From Myxococcales bacterium (GTDB lineage: Bacteria; Myxococcota_A; Polyangia; Polyangiales; Houyiibacteriaceae), in contig JAOTXX010000013.1 of NCBI GenBank assembly GCA_029862185.1, positions 408 through 64,407 on the forward strand: DNA of 64,000 bases. The letters are read 5' to 3'. Each line of letters opens with the position of its first letter. Within the stretch, counting starts at the first letter, position 1. A program made the position numbers and the translations under genes. Below, in pieces: positions 27,304 to 36,860 of this stretch. The notes beneath the pieces are model-generated. The model was given only the letters and a program-made list of their open reading frames with translations. It was not told the origin of the DNA and searched no databases.

Positions 27304-28289
27304 CGATGCACCTCGATGTCGGGCCCTGGCTTGGCGACCCAAGTTCGTGTCACGCCCTGCGTTCGGTCGAGTGCCTGGCGAACACGGCTCGCATCACCGA
27401 CTCCGCAAAGCGCCTTCACATGCGGCCCGGCGTCCATCGTCGCCCAGACCGATACACCGCGTTCCCGAAGCCCACGCACCGTAGCGAGCGCAGCCAGGGT
27501 TGCGGGCACCCAATAGAAGATCGGCGGCGTGGACATGATGGCGCAGCAATGAAAGGCGAGCGTGCTCTGCTCCATCGCCTCGCCAAGGGTGTCGAGCTCG
27601 CGCTCCTTGATCGCGCGTTTGATTTTGCGTGACCATTTGGGCGCCTGGTCGAGCCAGGCCTCATAGTAAGGCGAGGTCTTTCGTGAGCGCTCCATCCCTT
27701 CGGTGGATCCGACCTTCTTCTTACCGGGATCGGTCAAGGCAACCACCAACCTGAGATTCCAATGCCCGGGAGGCGCGATCGGCCTGGCTGCGAGGTCGGC
27801 ATCGCCTCGGTGGCCTGCGGGAAGCTCGACGAAGCCGCCGTAGATCGAGCGAGCCGCCGACGCGCTCGATGCGCGCGCCAATGCGCTGAGCCGACGCGCG
27901 TTGAATCGGATCCCAGCGGCCGCCGAGGCCGAGGCGGCAAGGGCGGCGAAGCCGGAGGCGCTCGAGGCGAGCCCTGCGGCCGTCGGAAAGTGATTGTGGC
28001 TGCTGACCTGCGCCTTTGCCCGTAACCGCGCCTCCCGGCGAACGCGGTCGAGCATGGCTACGACCCGAGCGGCCTCGGCCTCGGTCGCGCGCCTTCCGTC
28101 GAGCCTCACCAGGTCCGACGAAAGCGAAGGATCGAAGCGAACGCGGGTTTCGGTCACGAGCTGGTCGAGCGTGAGCGAGATGCTCGGCACCGCCGGGATG
28201 TTTCGCTTCACGTCGGCCTTCCCCCAGTACTTGGCGAGCGCGATGTTCGCGCAGGCCCGGGCGCTTGCCTCCGAGCTCGGCCCGCTCAC
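27300..28289 (-). CDS. mvaD: Diphosphomevalonate decarboxylase
   Basis: NIALAKYWGK, PTAAGLASSASGFAALA and TMDAGPHV are present. Start taken at GTG 28289, which forms a GTGA overlap with the mvk stop. Confidence 0.9.
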   Translation of the reverse strand: MSGPSSEASARACANIALAKYWGKADVKRNIPAVPSISLTLDQLVTETRVRFDPSLSSDLVRLDGRRATEAEAARVVAMLDRVRREARLRAKAQVSSHNHFPTAAGLASSASGFAALAASASAAAGIRFNARRLSALARASSASAARSIYGGFVELPAGHRGDADLAARPIAPPGHWNLRLVVALTDPGKKKVGSTEGMERSRKTSPYYEAWLDQAPKWSRKIKRAIKERELDTLGEAMEQSTLAFHCCAIMSTPPIFYWVPATLAALATVRGLRERGVSVWATMDAGPHVKALCGVGDASRVRQALDRTQGVTRTWVAKPGPDIEVHR

Positions 28290-29182
28290 GCGCTCACCTC
28301 CGCCACGAACGCGTCTTGCCCGAGCACTTCGCAAAGGCGCAGCGCCTGGTCCTGCTTGGGCGCGAGCGCAATCATGCAGCCTCCGCCGCCTGCACCCGTC
28401 ATCTTCGCACCCAGGGCCCCCGCCGCCCTCGCGGCCTGACACATTTCATCGAGCTTACTCGTGCAGAGCATGAGGGAGCTGAGGATCGTGTGATTCAAAT
28501 CGAGCAGTTGCCCAAGCGCGATGTGATCACCGGCCTCGATCGCGAGCTTTGCGTTGCGCACCAACACCTCGATCGCCTCGAAGGCTTTGTTCACGCGCTT
28601 GGGGTCATCCTCGAGCTGCCGCGCTACCGATGCGACCATCTCTTTGGTGCTCGAGGATTCGCCGCTGTAGCCGATCACCAAATGAAGCGGCTTGTTCGAG
28701 CGCAGAGGCTGCAACGGTTCGCCTTTGCGATAGAGCGCGACGCCTCCGACCGCCGACATTGCGTTGTCGATCCCCGATGGGTTCCCGTGGAAGATCCTCT
28801 CCCAGACGAGTGCCGCCTCCGCCAGCTCCGTTCGAGAGCGCTGGATGCTCAGCGCTTCATCGATCGCGTCGAGCGCGGCCACGCCAATCGCCGCGGAACA
28901 GCCGAGCCCAGCTCCGGCCGGAAGCTCGACCTCCGCGCTCACCTCGAGTGCGGGACGCTCCGGATAGAGCGCGAGCGCAGCCGCAAAAGCGCGCTCCAGA
29001 GGCTCGCCTCCCGAGGGGTCCGGCTCGATTGCCAAGCCCCAGGGCGAGAGCCGCAGGATGTTGCGCTCGGCCGTGCTGGCCGAGGCGGTGACGCCCCGCT
29101 CGATACCGACCGCGATCGCCGGGCAGCCATGAACGACCGCATGCTCGCCGAGCAGGATGACCTTGCCTCTTCCGAAGCCCAT
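28286..29182 (-). CDS. mvk: Mevalonate kinase
   Basis: GKVILLGEHAVVHG, PAGAGLGCSAA and GAKMTGAGGGGC are present. The ATG at 29182 shares one base with the upstream TGA (TGATG). The track's first codon is a TTG at 29185. Confidence 0.9.
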   Translation of the reverse strand: MGFGRGKVILLGEHAVVHGCPAIAVGIERGVTASASTAERNILRLSPWGLAIEPDPSGGEPLERAFAAALALYPERPALEVSAEVELPAGAGLGCSAAIGVAALDAIDEALSIQRSRTELAEAALVWERIFHGNPSGIDNAMSAVGGVALYRKGEPLQPLRSNKPLHLVIGYSGESSSTKEMVASVARQLEDDPKRVNKAFEAIEVLVRNAKLAIEAGDHIALGQLLDLNHTILSSLMLCTSKLDEMCQAARAAGALGAKMTGAGGGGCMIALAPKQDQALRLCEVLGQDAFVAEVSA

Positions 29183-30204
29183 CAACTCCCCCGATCGGTG
29201 AGCTGCCGCGTGACTTCTCCCAGAATTTGCTTGCCTCGTTCGTCGAAGGGGCTCGCAGCCAGCGCGCTCCGGGCCTCGTCGGCAAGGAAGCCGAGTCGCG
29301 CCTCGACCTCGGCTTTTGCCTCGACGAGCACCTCCGTCGCCGATGCAATCTCTTCATTGCTTGCGTCGGCGCGTCCCCAAACACCATGCAGCAGGGCTTG
29401 CTCTGCCTGGCCAGGCTCGAGTCGACGAAACGCTGCGACGACTGCATTGTGCTTGCCGTGCCGAAGGTCGTCGCCCGGCTTTCCCGTCTGAATCACGCTT
29501 CCGAAGGTTCCGAGCAGGTCATCGCGAAGTTGAAACGCGACCCCGAGCGGCGTCGACCAGTCGCGGAGCGCACGCATGCGGGCGGCGTCGGCGTTGGCGA
29601 GGATGCCCCCGAGCTCAGCGGGCCCGCGCGTCGTGTAGCTCCCCGTCTTCAAGTCGTGCATGCGCTCGACGTCTCGGTCGGTCATCAGGTCGAGCTGTTG
29701 CCCCGCAAATACTTCCTTTTGGATTCTCACGAATAGCGCAAGGCCTTCCTCCTGCCGTCCCTCGGGAAAGCGACCCTCGAGCAAGAGCTCCCATCCGAAG
29801 GCCGACGCCAAGTCGCCTGCGAGGATTCCAAGGCTTGCACCGAGGTGGTCGTGCCCATGTTTCTTCTGGAACGCGTAGTGGACAGCGGGCCCACCGCGGC
29901 GTTCGCAGTCTTCGTCCATCCAGTCGTCGTGAATCAGCAGATAGGTCTGCAGTAGCTCGAGCGCCGCGCCGACCGCGAACGTGGGGCCGACGTCGCTTGC
30001 TCCGCTCGCTGCTCTGTAGGCAGCAGCCGTCACAATCGGCCTCAGCCGCTTTCCTCCGCGCATCGTGAGGTCGCGAACCTCAGAGACCAGCTCGATCGCC
30101 CTTGGGGAAAGCAGCCTCGCTTCGTCGCACTTCGCCTCGAAAAACCGTTCGAGGATGGCATCGACCTGCTGGCGAATGCCTCCCATCCAAGACTCGAGTT
30201 CCAT
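29182..30204 (-). CDS. Polyprenyl diphosphate synthase (FPP/GGPP synthase family)
   Basis: First Asp-rich motif LLIHDDWMDED. The second motif region reads FQLRDDLLGTFG, so the final Asp of DDxxD is replaced by Gly. Start taken at ATG 30204; 30186 and 30294 are alternatives. Confidence 0.85.
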   Translation of the reverse strand: MELESWMGGIRQQVDAILERFFEAKCDEARLLSPRAIELVSEVRDLTMRGGKRLRPIVTAAAYRAASGASDVGPTFAVGAALELLQTYLLIHDDWMDEDCERRGGPAVHYAFQKKHGHDHLGASLGILAGDLASAFGWELLLEGRFPEGRQEEGLALFVRIQKEVFAGQQLDLMTDRDVERMHDLKTGSYTTRGPAELGGILANADAARMRALRDWSTPLGVAFQLRDDLLGTFGSVIQTGKPGDDLRHGKHNAVVAAFRRLEPGQAEQALLHGVWGRADASNEEIASATEVLVEAKAEVEARLGFLADEARSALAASPFDERGKQILGEVTRQLTDRGS

Positions 30205-30280
30205 TTGCCCTTGCGCCACGGTGTCAGTGTCCTTATTCCGAGCTACGTACACGGCAGGACGCCGCCGAGCAAGCAATGCG

Positions 30281-31321
30281 ATGAGCGCAGACATTGAGCA
30301 GAGAAAGGCCGATCATCTCGATCTGTGCGCGACTGACGAGGTCGCGTTTCGGCAGCGCACGACTCTTCTCGAATGCGTTCGGCTCGTGCACCAGTCACTC
30401 CCCGAAACCAGCTTCGACGCGATCGACACAAGGGTCCGATTGCTTGGGAAGGAGCTCCGCGCCCCACTGTTGATCGCTGCGATGACCGGTGGCCATGCGC
30501 GCGCGGCCGAAATAAACCAGGCCTTGGCGTCGATCGCCGATGAGCTCGGTTATGCGTTCGGCTTGGGAAGTCAGCGCGCCATGCAGAAGAGGCCAGAGAC
30601 GAGTTGGACCTACCAGGTTCGCAAGCATGCGCCCGGTGCGCTGCTCTTTGGCAATGTCGGAGTGGTTCAGGCCCGCGATCTCTCGACCAATGCGATCGCC
30701 GAAATGCTGGCCGAGGTCGGCGCCGACGCGCTGTGCGTACACATGAACCCCGCCATGGAGCTCGTTCAACCCGAAGGCGATCGCGACTTCAGCAGGGGCC
30801 TCGAGACCTTCCAGCGCCTTTGGGCCGAGCTCGGCGTGCCCATCGTCGCCAAGGAAACCGGCAGCGGGATTAGCCGGGAAGTTGCGGCCCGATTACGAGC
30901 GATTGGCATTCGTCACGCGGATACCTCGGGAGCGGGCGGCACTTCCTGGGTCGGTGTCGAGACCTTGCGCGCGGACGACGACGGCCGGGCGCTTGGCGAG
31001 GCGCTCTGGGATTGGGGTGTTCCGACGGCGGCCTCGGTTCGATACTGCGTCGAGGCCGGAATGACGACGATCGCCACCGGCGGCATCCGAACCGGCATGG
31101 ACGTCGCGCGCGCCATCGCCCTCGGCGCAAGCTGCGCAGGAATCGCGCGTAACGTTTATCAAGCGTTTCTCGAAGGTGGCGTGAGCGGCGCTCGCTCGTT
31201 CTTGCAGCGCATCGAGCGCGAGCTGCGCTCGATCATGTTGCTCTGTGGCGCCAAGACGATCGAAGAGCTTCAGCAGGCTCCGCGGGTGGTCACCGGCGAG
31301 CTAAGCGATTGGATCGCTTGA
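30281..31321 (+). CDS. fni: Isopentenyl-diphosphate delta-isomerase, type 2 (FMN-dependent)
   Basis: Start taken at ATG 30281 (MSADIEQRKADHLDLC). Motifs AAMTGG, VAKETGSGIS, GAGGTSW and ATGGIRTG are present. It is divergent from the mevalonate operon with a 76-bp gap. Confidence 0.9.
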   Translation: MSADIEQRKADHLDLCATDEVAFRQRTTLLECVRLVHQSLPETSFDAIDTRVRLLGKELRAPLLIAAMTGGHARAAEINQALASIADELGYAFGLGSQRAMQKRPETSWTYQVRKHAPGALLFGNVGVVQARDLSTNAIAEMLAEVGADALCVHMNPAMELVQPEGDRDFSRGLETFQRLWAELGVPIVAKETGSGISREVAARLRAIGIRHADTSGAGGTSWVGVETLRADDDGRALGEALWDWGVPTAASVRYCVEAGMTTIATGGIRTGMDVARAIALGASCAGIARNVYQAFLEGGVSGARSFLQRIERELRSIMLLCGAKTIEELQQAPRVVTGELSDWIA

Positions 31322-31332
31322 TCCCGTCTCCA

Positions 31333-32349
31333 TCAATCTTCGCCTTCGATCTCGGCCAGGGCTTCGGGCTCGGCTAGGACCTGGGCGGTCTCGCCGTCGT
31401 CGGACAGGGGTTCGTAGCGTAGCAAGTCCTCGACGCGCTCGAGCAATTCACCTTCGAAGTGCACTGAAAAGCGAGGCTCCAGCAGCTTCGTTCGGACACG
31501 CCAGACGATCGGATCTGCAGGATCACGCAGAACCACCGGCGTGGCACCGGCGAGCACCCAGGGCGAGCTGAGAATCGCGTCGGTCAGAGCTATGCGCACC
31601 TTGCCAGCGTCGCGGTAGCCTTCGAGCCGCACCACCACCTCGTGCTCGGCATCTGCGCCAGCGTCGTACACCATCGGCGCGCCCACCATCGCGCGATTGG
31701 GCACGGTGATCCGGTGGCCCTGTCCGTCACGCAGCCAGGTCGCACGAAGCGACCGGCCTTCCACGGTCCCCTGAAAGCCGTCGCCGGAAACCCACATCCC
31801 TTTCTTCACACGACGCTCGGCGGCCAGGATTGCGCCCGCGACCAGGTCTGCGAACAGGTCGCGAACGGACCAGCCGACGACGAGCGCGAGGACCGCCAGC
31901 GTCCAGAGAATCCAATTTTGGCCGCTCGGGACCACGGCGAAAACGATCGCCACGAGCAAAGAGAAGGCCGCGATACGGAGAACGAATACCAACGCGCCGA
32001 GCGCACTCCGTAGCGGAATGTTCTTGGTAATCCAACTGCGAGCGCGCTCCGCGATGAACAGGAACAGGCCCACGGCGAGCAACCAGAGAAATAGGGGCAG
32101 CACAGGGCTGCGCCCGCCCGCTGGGAGCGCCCCCTCGCTTGCAAGCCCATCCCATGGACGCGTGGCAATCCCGCCGGGAGGATACTGTGAAGGCGGTTCG
32201 GTCGAGGCTTCGAGCGGCTGCGCCTCAGTGTGAGATTCCGACTGTTTGGTCGATTCGTTCCTGCGGTCGAGCTGCTGCGCCATGCCCGGCGCCACGATCA
32301 GAGCGACTAGCACAAACGACAAGCCGTAGAATTCGAGCTTTGAGATCAC
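31333..32349 (-). CDS. MscS-family mechanosensitive channel
   Basis: Several TM helices are followed by the MscS beta-domain pattern VSGDGFQGTVEGRSLRATWLRDGQGHRITVPNRAMVGAPMV. The GTG start overlaps the upstream stop as GTGA. Confidence 0.8.
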   Translation of the reverse strand: MISKLEFYGLSFVLVALIVAPGMAQQLDRRNESTKQSESHTEAQPLEASTEPPSQYPPGGIATRPWDGLASEGALPAGGRSPVLPLFLWLLAVGLFLFIAERARSWITKNIPLRSALGALVFVLRIAAFSLLVAIVFAVVPSGQNWILWTLAVLALVVGWSVRDLFADLVAGAILAAERRVKKGMWVSGDGFQGTVEGRSLRATWLRDGQGHRITVPNRAMVGAPMVYDAGADAEHEVVVRLEGYRDAGKVRIALTDAILSSPWVLAGATPVVLRDPADPIVWRVRTKLLEPRFSVHFEGELLERVEDLLRYEPLSDDGETAQVLAEPEALAEIEGED

Positions 32350-35300
32350 AGCACCCAGCCCCGTTCTGCGAATATGCGCCCGACGACGCCTCGCAAATGC
32401 ACGGCGATTACGAACGTCCCCTCGCTCTCGTCGAGCAAACCCAAGTGCGCCAGCCTGCTGAGCTGCGCCTGTGCAGTGTTCACGTCGAGCCTGAACAACC
32501 TCGCCTGACCAGCGGCGTCCATCCAGCCCTCACGGGCAATCTGGTAGAGGTTGACGACGATGTCGTCTGGGAGTCGCCTGATCCGCGTGTACGAAGAAGC
32601 CGGGATCGGCCCGACGTGCACGATGTCGTCCTGGATTTCTCGGATGGAAGCTAGCCAAAGCCGAAGCGCATCGCGAACGAGGCCGCCCGTCGCTAAGTGC
32701 AACTCGTGAAAGTACTGATCGTAGGGCCGTCGAATCCGAGTGGCGCTTCTGGCGAACAGGCCTTCGATCGGCGAGCCGTCCCCACGGTCGAAGGAATGTT
32801 GAAATCCGCTCAAGCGATGCCTGGCAATGACGGCGGCTTGCAGCTCGTCCTCGCTCAAGGGGTCGAGCCGGATTAGCTCCGGGAACGCGTCGCGAAGTGG
32901 CGCCACGGTCGAGGCGAAGTTCCAAAAGAGCACGGCTCCATGCGTGAGCCATCGCCGGCGGCCCCCTTCCTCGATGATCCCTTTGACGAAGCGTCGAAGG
33001 GGGTCGAAGCCTCCTGGAGCCATCGACAGCATCCAGTGGAGTCCGTCGACGACCACGAGCTGACCTTCAGGAGAATCGTGGAAGATCGCATCGACATCGG
33101 CGACCGTCACCGGCGCGGTGAAGACCACGCGCTTCACGTTTTTCCAACGACGACTTCGCACGATCGCGCTCGAAACCGCCACTTTTCCGACGCCATCGAC
33201 ACCGATCAGTGCAACGGAGCGCAGGCGCCCTTTGACCTCACTCGAGAGTATCGATTCTGCACGCCGAATTTCCTGGTCGCGGCCGGTGAGCACATCGCCG
33301 GCCTCCATGGTGTCCGCGGCGAAAAGGCGGCGGTAGACCAGCGGGAGGTCTGTCCCCACGTCGGGCGCCGCGAAGGTCCCTGCAGATAGCTCTTCGGTCG
33401 GCAAGGCGCGGGTCAGGCCGAGACGCTCACTCCAACGCTCGAGCCGTTCTTCACCGAACAAAGCGCGGAGGCCGCCCCGAAGCTGGGCCTTGAGCCGCTT
33501 CGTCCGGGGCAATCGCTCCGCCTTGCTCATGATTCGAAGTCCACTTGCGGCGCGGCGCATCGCTTCGAGGCGTGATTTGCTGAAGGACCCCTCGGCGAGC
33601 TCCCCACGAAGCGTTTCCAGCGTTCCGAGCGCCGCGTCACGCATCTCGCGTTCGATCATCGCGGGCCAGCCGGCCGCTTCGGCGCGAATCTCTTCGAGCG
33701 AGTTGTAATTGCGTTCGAGCTGCCCGTAGACCATGTCGCGAAGCAGCGTGTGCATCTCTTCGGGAATCGCTTCGTCGTGGACGATCTCGAGCTCTGCCGT
33801 CGCCAGCTCCACGTTGAACGCGACGACGCGCTCGAGCTCTTGCAGCACATTGGCCAATGGCTGAATTCGTTCAGCCAACTCTTGCCGGCTGGCGAGCAGC
33901 TTCGGGGCCACACGGCTATCGATGTACGTGAGCACGACTTCCCGGAACGGGACTTCGACCTCGGGGAGCGCGGCCGGCAGACGCCACTCGCCGGTTTGAC
34001 GTTGACCCACGGTTACTCGGTAGCGAGGGGTCAGTCCGCGGCAGGCGTCGACCAAAGCATCGAGGAGCGGGGCGATCTTCGTTTCATCGCTCAAGTCTTC
34101 GTAGAGCTCGGTCGTGACACGTGCGGCTTCGCCGGCGGCCTTGCTCGTCGGCTCGGTGGACGATCGCAGAGCGGCCGCAAGCTCTTCTCCGGAGTAATCG
34201 CTCTCGAGCTCCTTGTTCAGCAGGGTCAGCGCCTTTTGAAGCGTGTCGCTCACTCGCTCGACTTGAGAGGTCGCCCGACGTTTCACCGTATTGGTCAGCC
34301 TGAGAACGTAGTCGGTGACGCTATCTTTGATCCGCGCTTCCAGTCCGAGGAGCTCGAGCTCCATCGCGAGCGAAGAGTACTCGGCCGAGCTGGCCTTCCG
34401 AAGGTTGGACACGTCCTTGGTGAGCGTCTCCATGGCCCGCATACGGTTTGCAAATCGACGGCTCGTGCGTCGCTCCCCGTTGCGCAGGTCGAGCGTTCCG
34501 AACGTCGGCAGGTCTTCCTTCATGTCGACGAAACCGGCCGCGAGGGCGGTCGCGGCGCGATGGGTGCCGTCCCCCGTGATCCGGACGGTTTCGTCGAGCG
34601 CCAGAGCGAGCTCTTCTTCGACGTCGTGACGAAGGCGAACCAACTGACCTTCGAGGTCAGATTCGGGGTTGGCGGAAATCTCTACGATGTCGTCATATCC
34701 GGCGATCACACCATCGAAGAGACTTCGCGTGCGAGCGGCAAGGTGCCGATCGGCTTCGACGAATAGCGCCGCGAGGGCCTCGAGCCGAGCAGGCGCATCA
34801 TACGATAGATGGAAGCGTCCCAACGCGCGCAGTCGAACCTCGCGGGTCGGCTGGCTCTGCCCGAGCGTCTTGCGCCAACTTCGCCTCAGCCGCAGGAAAC
34901 CACGCTGGAGCCGCTTCCGGAGAGAATCGCCTCCCGTGGTTTCGTAGCTGACGTCTTCATAGGGCGCCGCGACGATCAGGGGAAGCTCGTCGACCAGGCT
35001 GTCGACATTCTCGAGCATCGTTTCGGGTGTCCAGGTGAGCTTGGCAAGCGTGACCGACCTGCCGAGGACGATACCGCGCCAGTGGGCCGCCAAATCGGAT
35101 TGGGCGGAGCGAAGCATCGTCACGAGCTCGTCCCGTTCGGCACCGTCTTCGGCGCGCGCTTGAACCGTCAAGCGCCGGTGATGGCGGAGGAACTCGCGTC
35201 GTAGGTCTCGCAAGTACTTCCCGGCGTCGAGTTGAAAATCTCGCAGTGGTCCGGTCGACACCTCGCGAACGATGCTCTGTAGATCTCCCCCCAGGTCCTG

Positions 35301-36860
35301 CACGCGAGTATTGATCTCGGCGCTCTTCAACTGCAGCGGATCGCCCCAAAGGTTCTTCGCACCGACGTGCTCCGGCCAGGGCTCGAGTTGCTTGGCCGCA
35401 CCATCCTCGCCTTCGGGTCGCATCGAAGGCGGCCTCACGGACAAGTGCCTCGCCGGGCTGATCGACTTGCGGCTCGTCCGAGTTTCGCCAGCGAGGCTCA
35501 AGCCGAGCTTGAACATCACTGGCCCGACGAGCTCGTTGATCGCAACCGCGCCGATGATCAAGGTCTCGAGGGAGCGACCAAGCGCACCGAACTCTTTGCC
35601 GATGATGGCGGCGAGCAGGATCGACACGCCAGCTTGAGAGACGAAACCCATCCAGCCGAAATCCCGGGTCGCCTCATCCGCCTTGCCGATGCGGGCACCG
35701 ATCTTGGTCCCCGAAAAGATGGCGAAGCCGCGAACGGCGACAAGCCCCATCGCGAACAGAGCGACCTGGCGTAGCTCGTCGAGGTGGAGCTTGGCACCGG
35801 CGAGCGTGAAGAAGACGACGTAGACCGGCAGCGACAGGCGCTCGACCGTTTCGATGAGCCGGTGTCCCGTCTTCGAGAAGTTCGAAACGCCAAAGCCGGC
35901 GGCGAGGAAGACGAGAACTGGATCCCAGCCGAGCTGATCGCAGATGAAGGCGACGAGGTACACCACGCCGACGACGAAGATCAGAAGCTCCTGATTGACG
36001 TAACGGATGTAGAGCGCCATCAGGCCGCCGACGACCACCGCTCCGAACAGGATCGAGATCACGATGTGCTGGAGTAGGTAAGACGCGATTCCGCCTTCCA
36101 GCTCGCCCATGCCAACCTGCTGGGCGACGATGACCTGGGAGACGGCGAACGCCACGACGACGATCACGTCCTTTAGAACGACGGCGGACAAGACGTTCTG
36201 CGTCATCGGGCCCTTGGCCCTCGACTCCATGATGACGGCGATCGTCGCGGCCGGAGATGTCGCCAAGGACACCGAGGCCACCATTGCCCCGGCGGCGAGG
36301 GCCGCGGCCATGGGCAGGCCAGCGACTCCTGGGAAGCCGATGTAGGGGACAGCGCCCGAAATCAGCCAGAAAAACGCCGTCACGAGGACGCCGATCGACA
36401 GGACCTGTGCAGCGAGGATCGAGCCGATCGCGCGGAGCCCCTTCTTGAGACCTTCGAGCTTGAGCTCGCCGCCTGCTGTGAGCGCGATCAGCGCTACGGC
36501 GAGAGTGTCGAACAGGCTGAGTTGCTCGATCACCTCGTCATTGAGAATGCCATGGTCGAACGGCGCCGGAAGGCCAAAACCGCCCAGGACCTTGGCCAAT
36601 GAAGGACCGAAGACCAGGCCTGCGATCAGGTAGCCGGTGATGTGCGGCAAGCGGATCTGACCTACGAGCCCGCCGATCGTGTAGCTCGCGAGGACCACGA
36701 ATCCGAACGCGAGCATCCCGCTCGGGTCGAAGGGACGCTGGGCGACCTGTTCGAACTGGTAGAGCGCGACCATTCCGAAGAGCAGCAGCACGATGACGGT
36801 GATCTGCCGTCGCGCGTGCGTCTCTTCATCCGGTGGAGGCAAGCTGTATGAGCCGGTCAT
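32346..36860 (-). CDS. Giant fusion protein: N-terminal cation:proton antiporter (CPA/Kef-like) membrane domain, ~750-aa helical region, C-terminal degenerate P-loop (AAA_16/STAND-like) NTPase and winged-helix domain
   Basis: Start taken at ATG 36860 (MTGSYSLPPPDEE), sharing one base with the trkH stop (TGATG). The upstream 141 codons of the track ORF overlap trkH. The Na+/H+-exchanger signature HITGYLIAGLVFGPSL sits within about 12 TM helices. The C-terminus has LTGRDQEIRRAESIL, IGVDGVGKV, QLVVVDGLHW and a wHTH-like AQAQLSRLAHLGLLDESEGTFVI. Confidence 0.8.
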   Translation of the reverse strand: MTGSYSLPPPDEETHARRQITVIVLLLFGMVALYQFEQVAQRPFDPSGMLAFGFVVLASYTIGGLVGQIRLPHITGYLIAGLVFGPSLAKVLGGFGLPAPFDHGILNDEVIEQLSLFDTLAVALIALTAGGELKLEGLKKGLRAIGSILAAQVLSIGVLVTAFFWLISGAVPYIGFPGVAGLPMAAALAAGAMVASVSLATSPAATIAVIMESRAKGPMTQNVLSAVVLKDVIVVVAFAVSQVIVAQQVGMGELEGGIASYLLQHIVISILFGAVVVGGLMALYIRYVNQELLIFVVGVVYLVAFICDQLGWDPVLVFLAAGFGVSNFSKTGHRLIETVERLSLPVYVVFFTLAGAKLHLDELRQVALFAMGLVAVRGFAIFSGTKIGARIGKADEATRDFGWMGFVSQAGVSILLAAIIGKEFGALGRSLETLIIGAVAINELVGPVMFKLGLSLAGETRTSRKSISPARHLSVRPPSMRPEGEDGAAKQLEPWPEHVGAKNLWGDPLQLKSAEINTRVQDLGGDLQSIVREVSTGPLRDFQLDAGKYLRDLRREFLRHHRRLTVQARAEDGAERDELVTMLRSAQSDLAAHWRGIVLGRSVTLAKLTWTPETMLENVDSLVDELPLIVAAPYEDVSYETTGGDSLRKRLQRGFLRLRRSWRKTLGQSQPTREVRLRALGRFHLSYDAPARLEALAALFVEADRHLAARTRSLFDGVIAGYDDIVEISANPESDLEGQLVRLRHDVEEELALALDETVRITGDGTHRAATALAAGFVDMKEDLPTFGTLDLRNGERRTSRRFANRMRAMETLTKDVSNLRKASSAEYSSLAMELELLGLEARIKDSVTDYVLRLTNTVKRRATSQVERVSDTLQKALTLLNKELESDYSGEELAAALRSSTEPTSKAAGEAARVTTELYEDLSDETKIAPLLDALVDACRGLTPRYRVTVGQRQTGEWRLPAALPEVEVPFREVVLTYIDSRVAPKLLASRQELAERIQPLANVLQELERVVAFNVELATAELEIVHDEAIPEEMHTLLRDMVYGQLERNYNSLEEIRAEAAGWPAMIEREMRDAALGTLETLRGELAEGSFSKSRLEAMRRAASGLRIMSKAERLPRTKRLKAQLRGGLRALFGEERLERWSERLGLTRALPTEELSAGTFAAPDVGTDLPLVYRRLFAADTMEAGDVLTGRDQEIRRAESILSSEVKGRLRSVALIGVDGVGKVAVSSAIVRSRRWKNVKRVVFTAPVTVADVDAIFHDSPEGQLVVVDGLHWMLSMAPGGFDPLRRFVKGIIEEGGRRRWLTHGAVLFWNFASTVAPLRDAFPELIRLDPLSEDELQAAVIARHRLSGFQHSFDRGDGSPIEGLFARSATRIRRPYDQYFHELHLATGGLVRDALRLWLASIREIQDDIVHVGPIPASSYTRIRRLPDDIVVNLYQIAREGWMDAAGQARLFRLDVNTAQAQLSRLAHLGLLDESEGTFVIAVHLRGVVGRIFAERGWVL

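Noticed and set aside
32349-33296. Idea that the STAND-like NTPase fused to a membrane domain is an Avs-like abortive-infection defence protein with an ion-dissipating effector.
   Set aside because: The gene is translationally coupled within a housekeeping trkA-trkH-mscS operon. It has degenerate Walker motifs and no neighbouring defence or mobile genes. A regulatory role in ion homeostasis is more parsimonious, though defence is not formally excluded.
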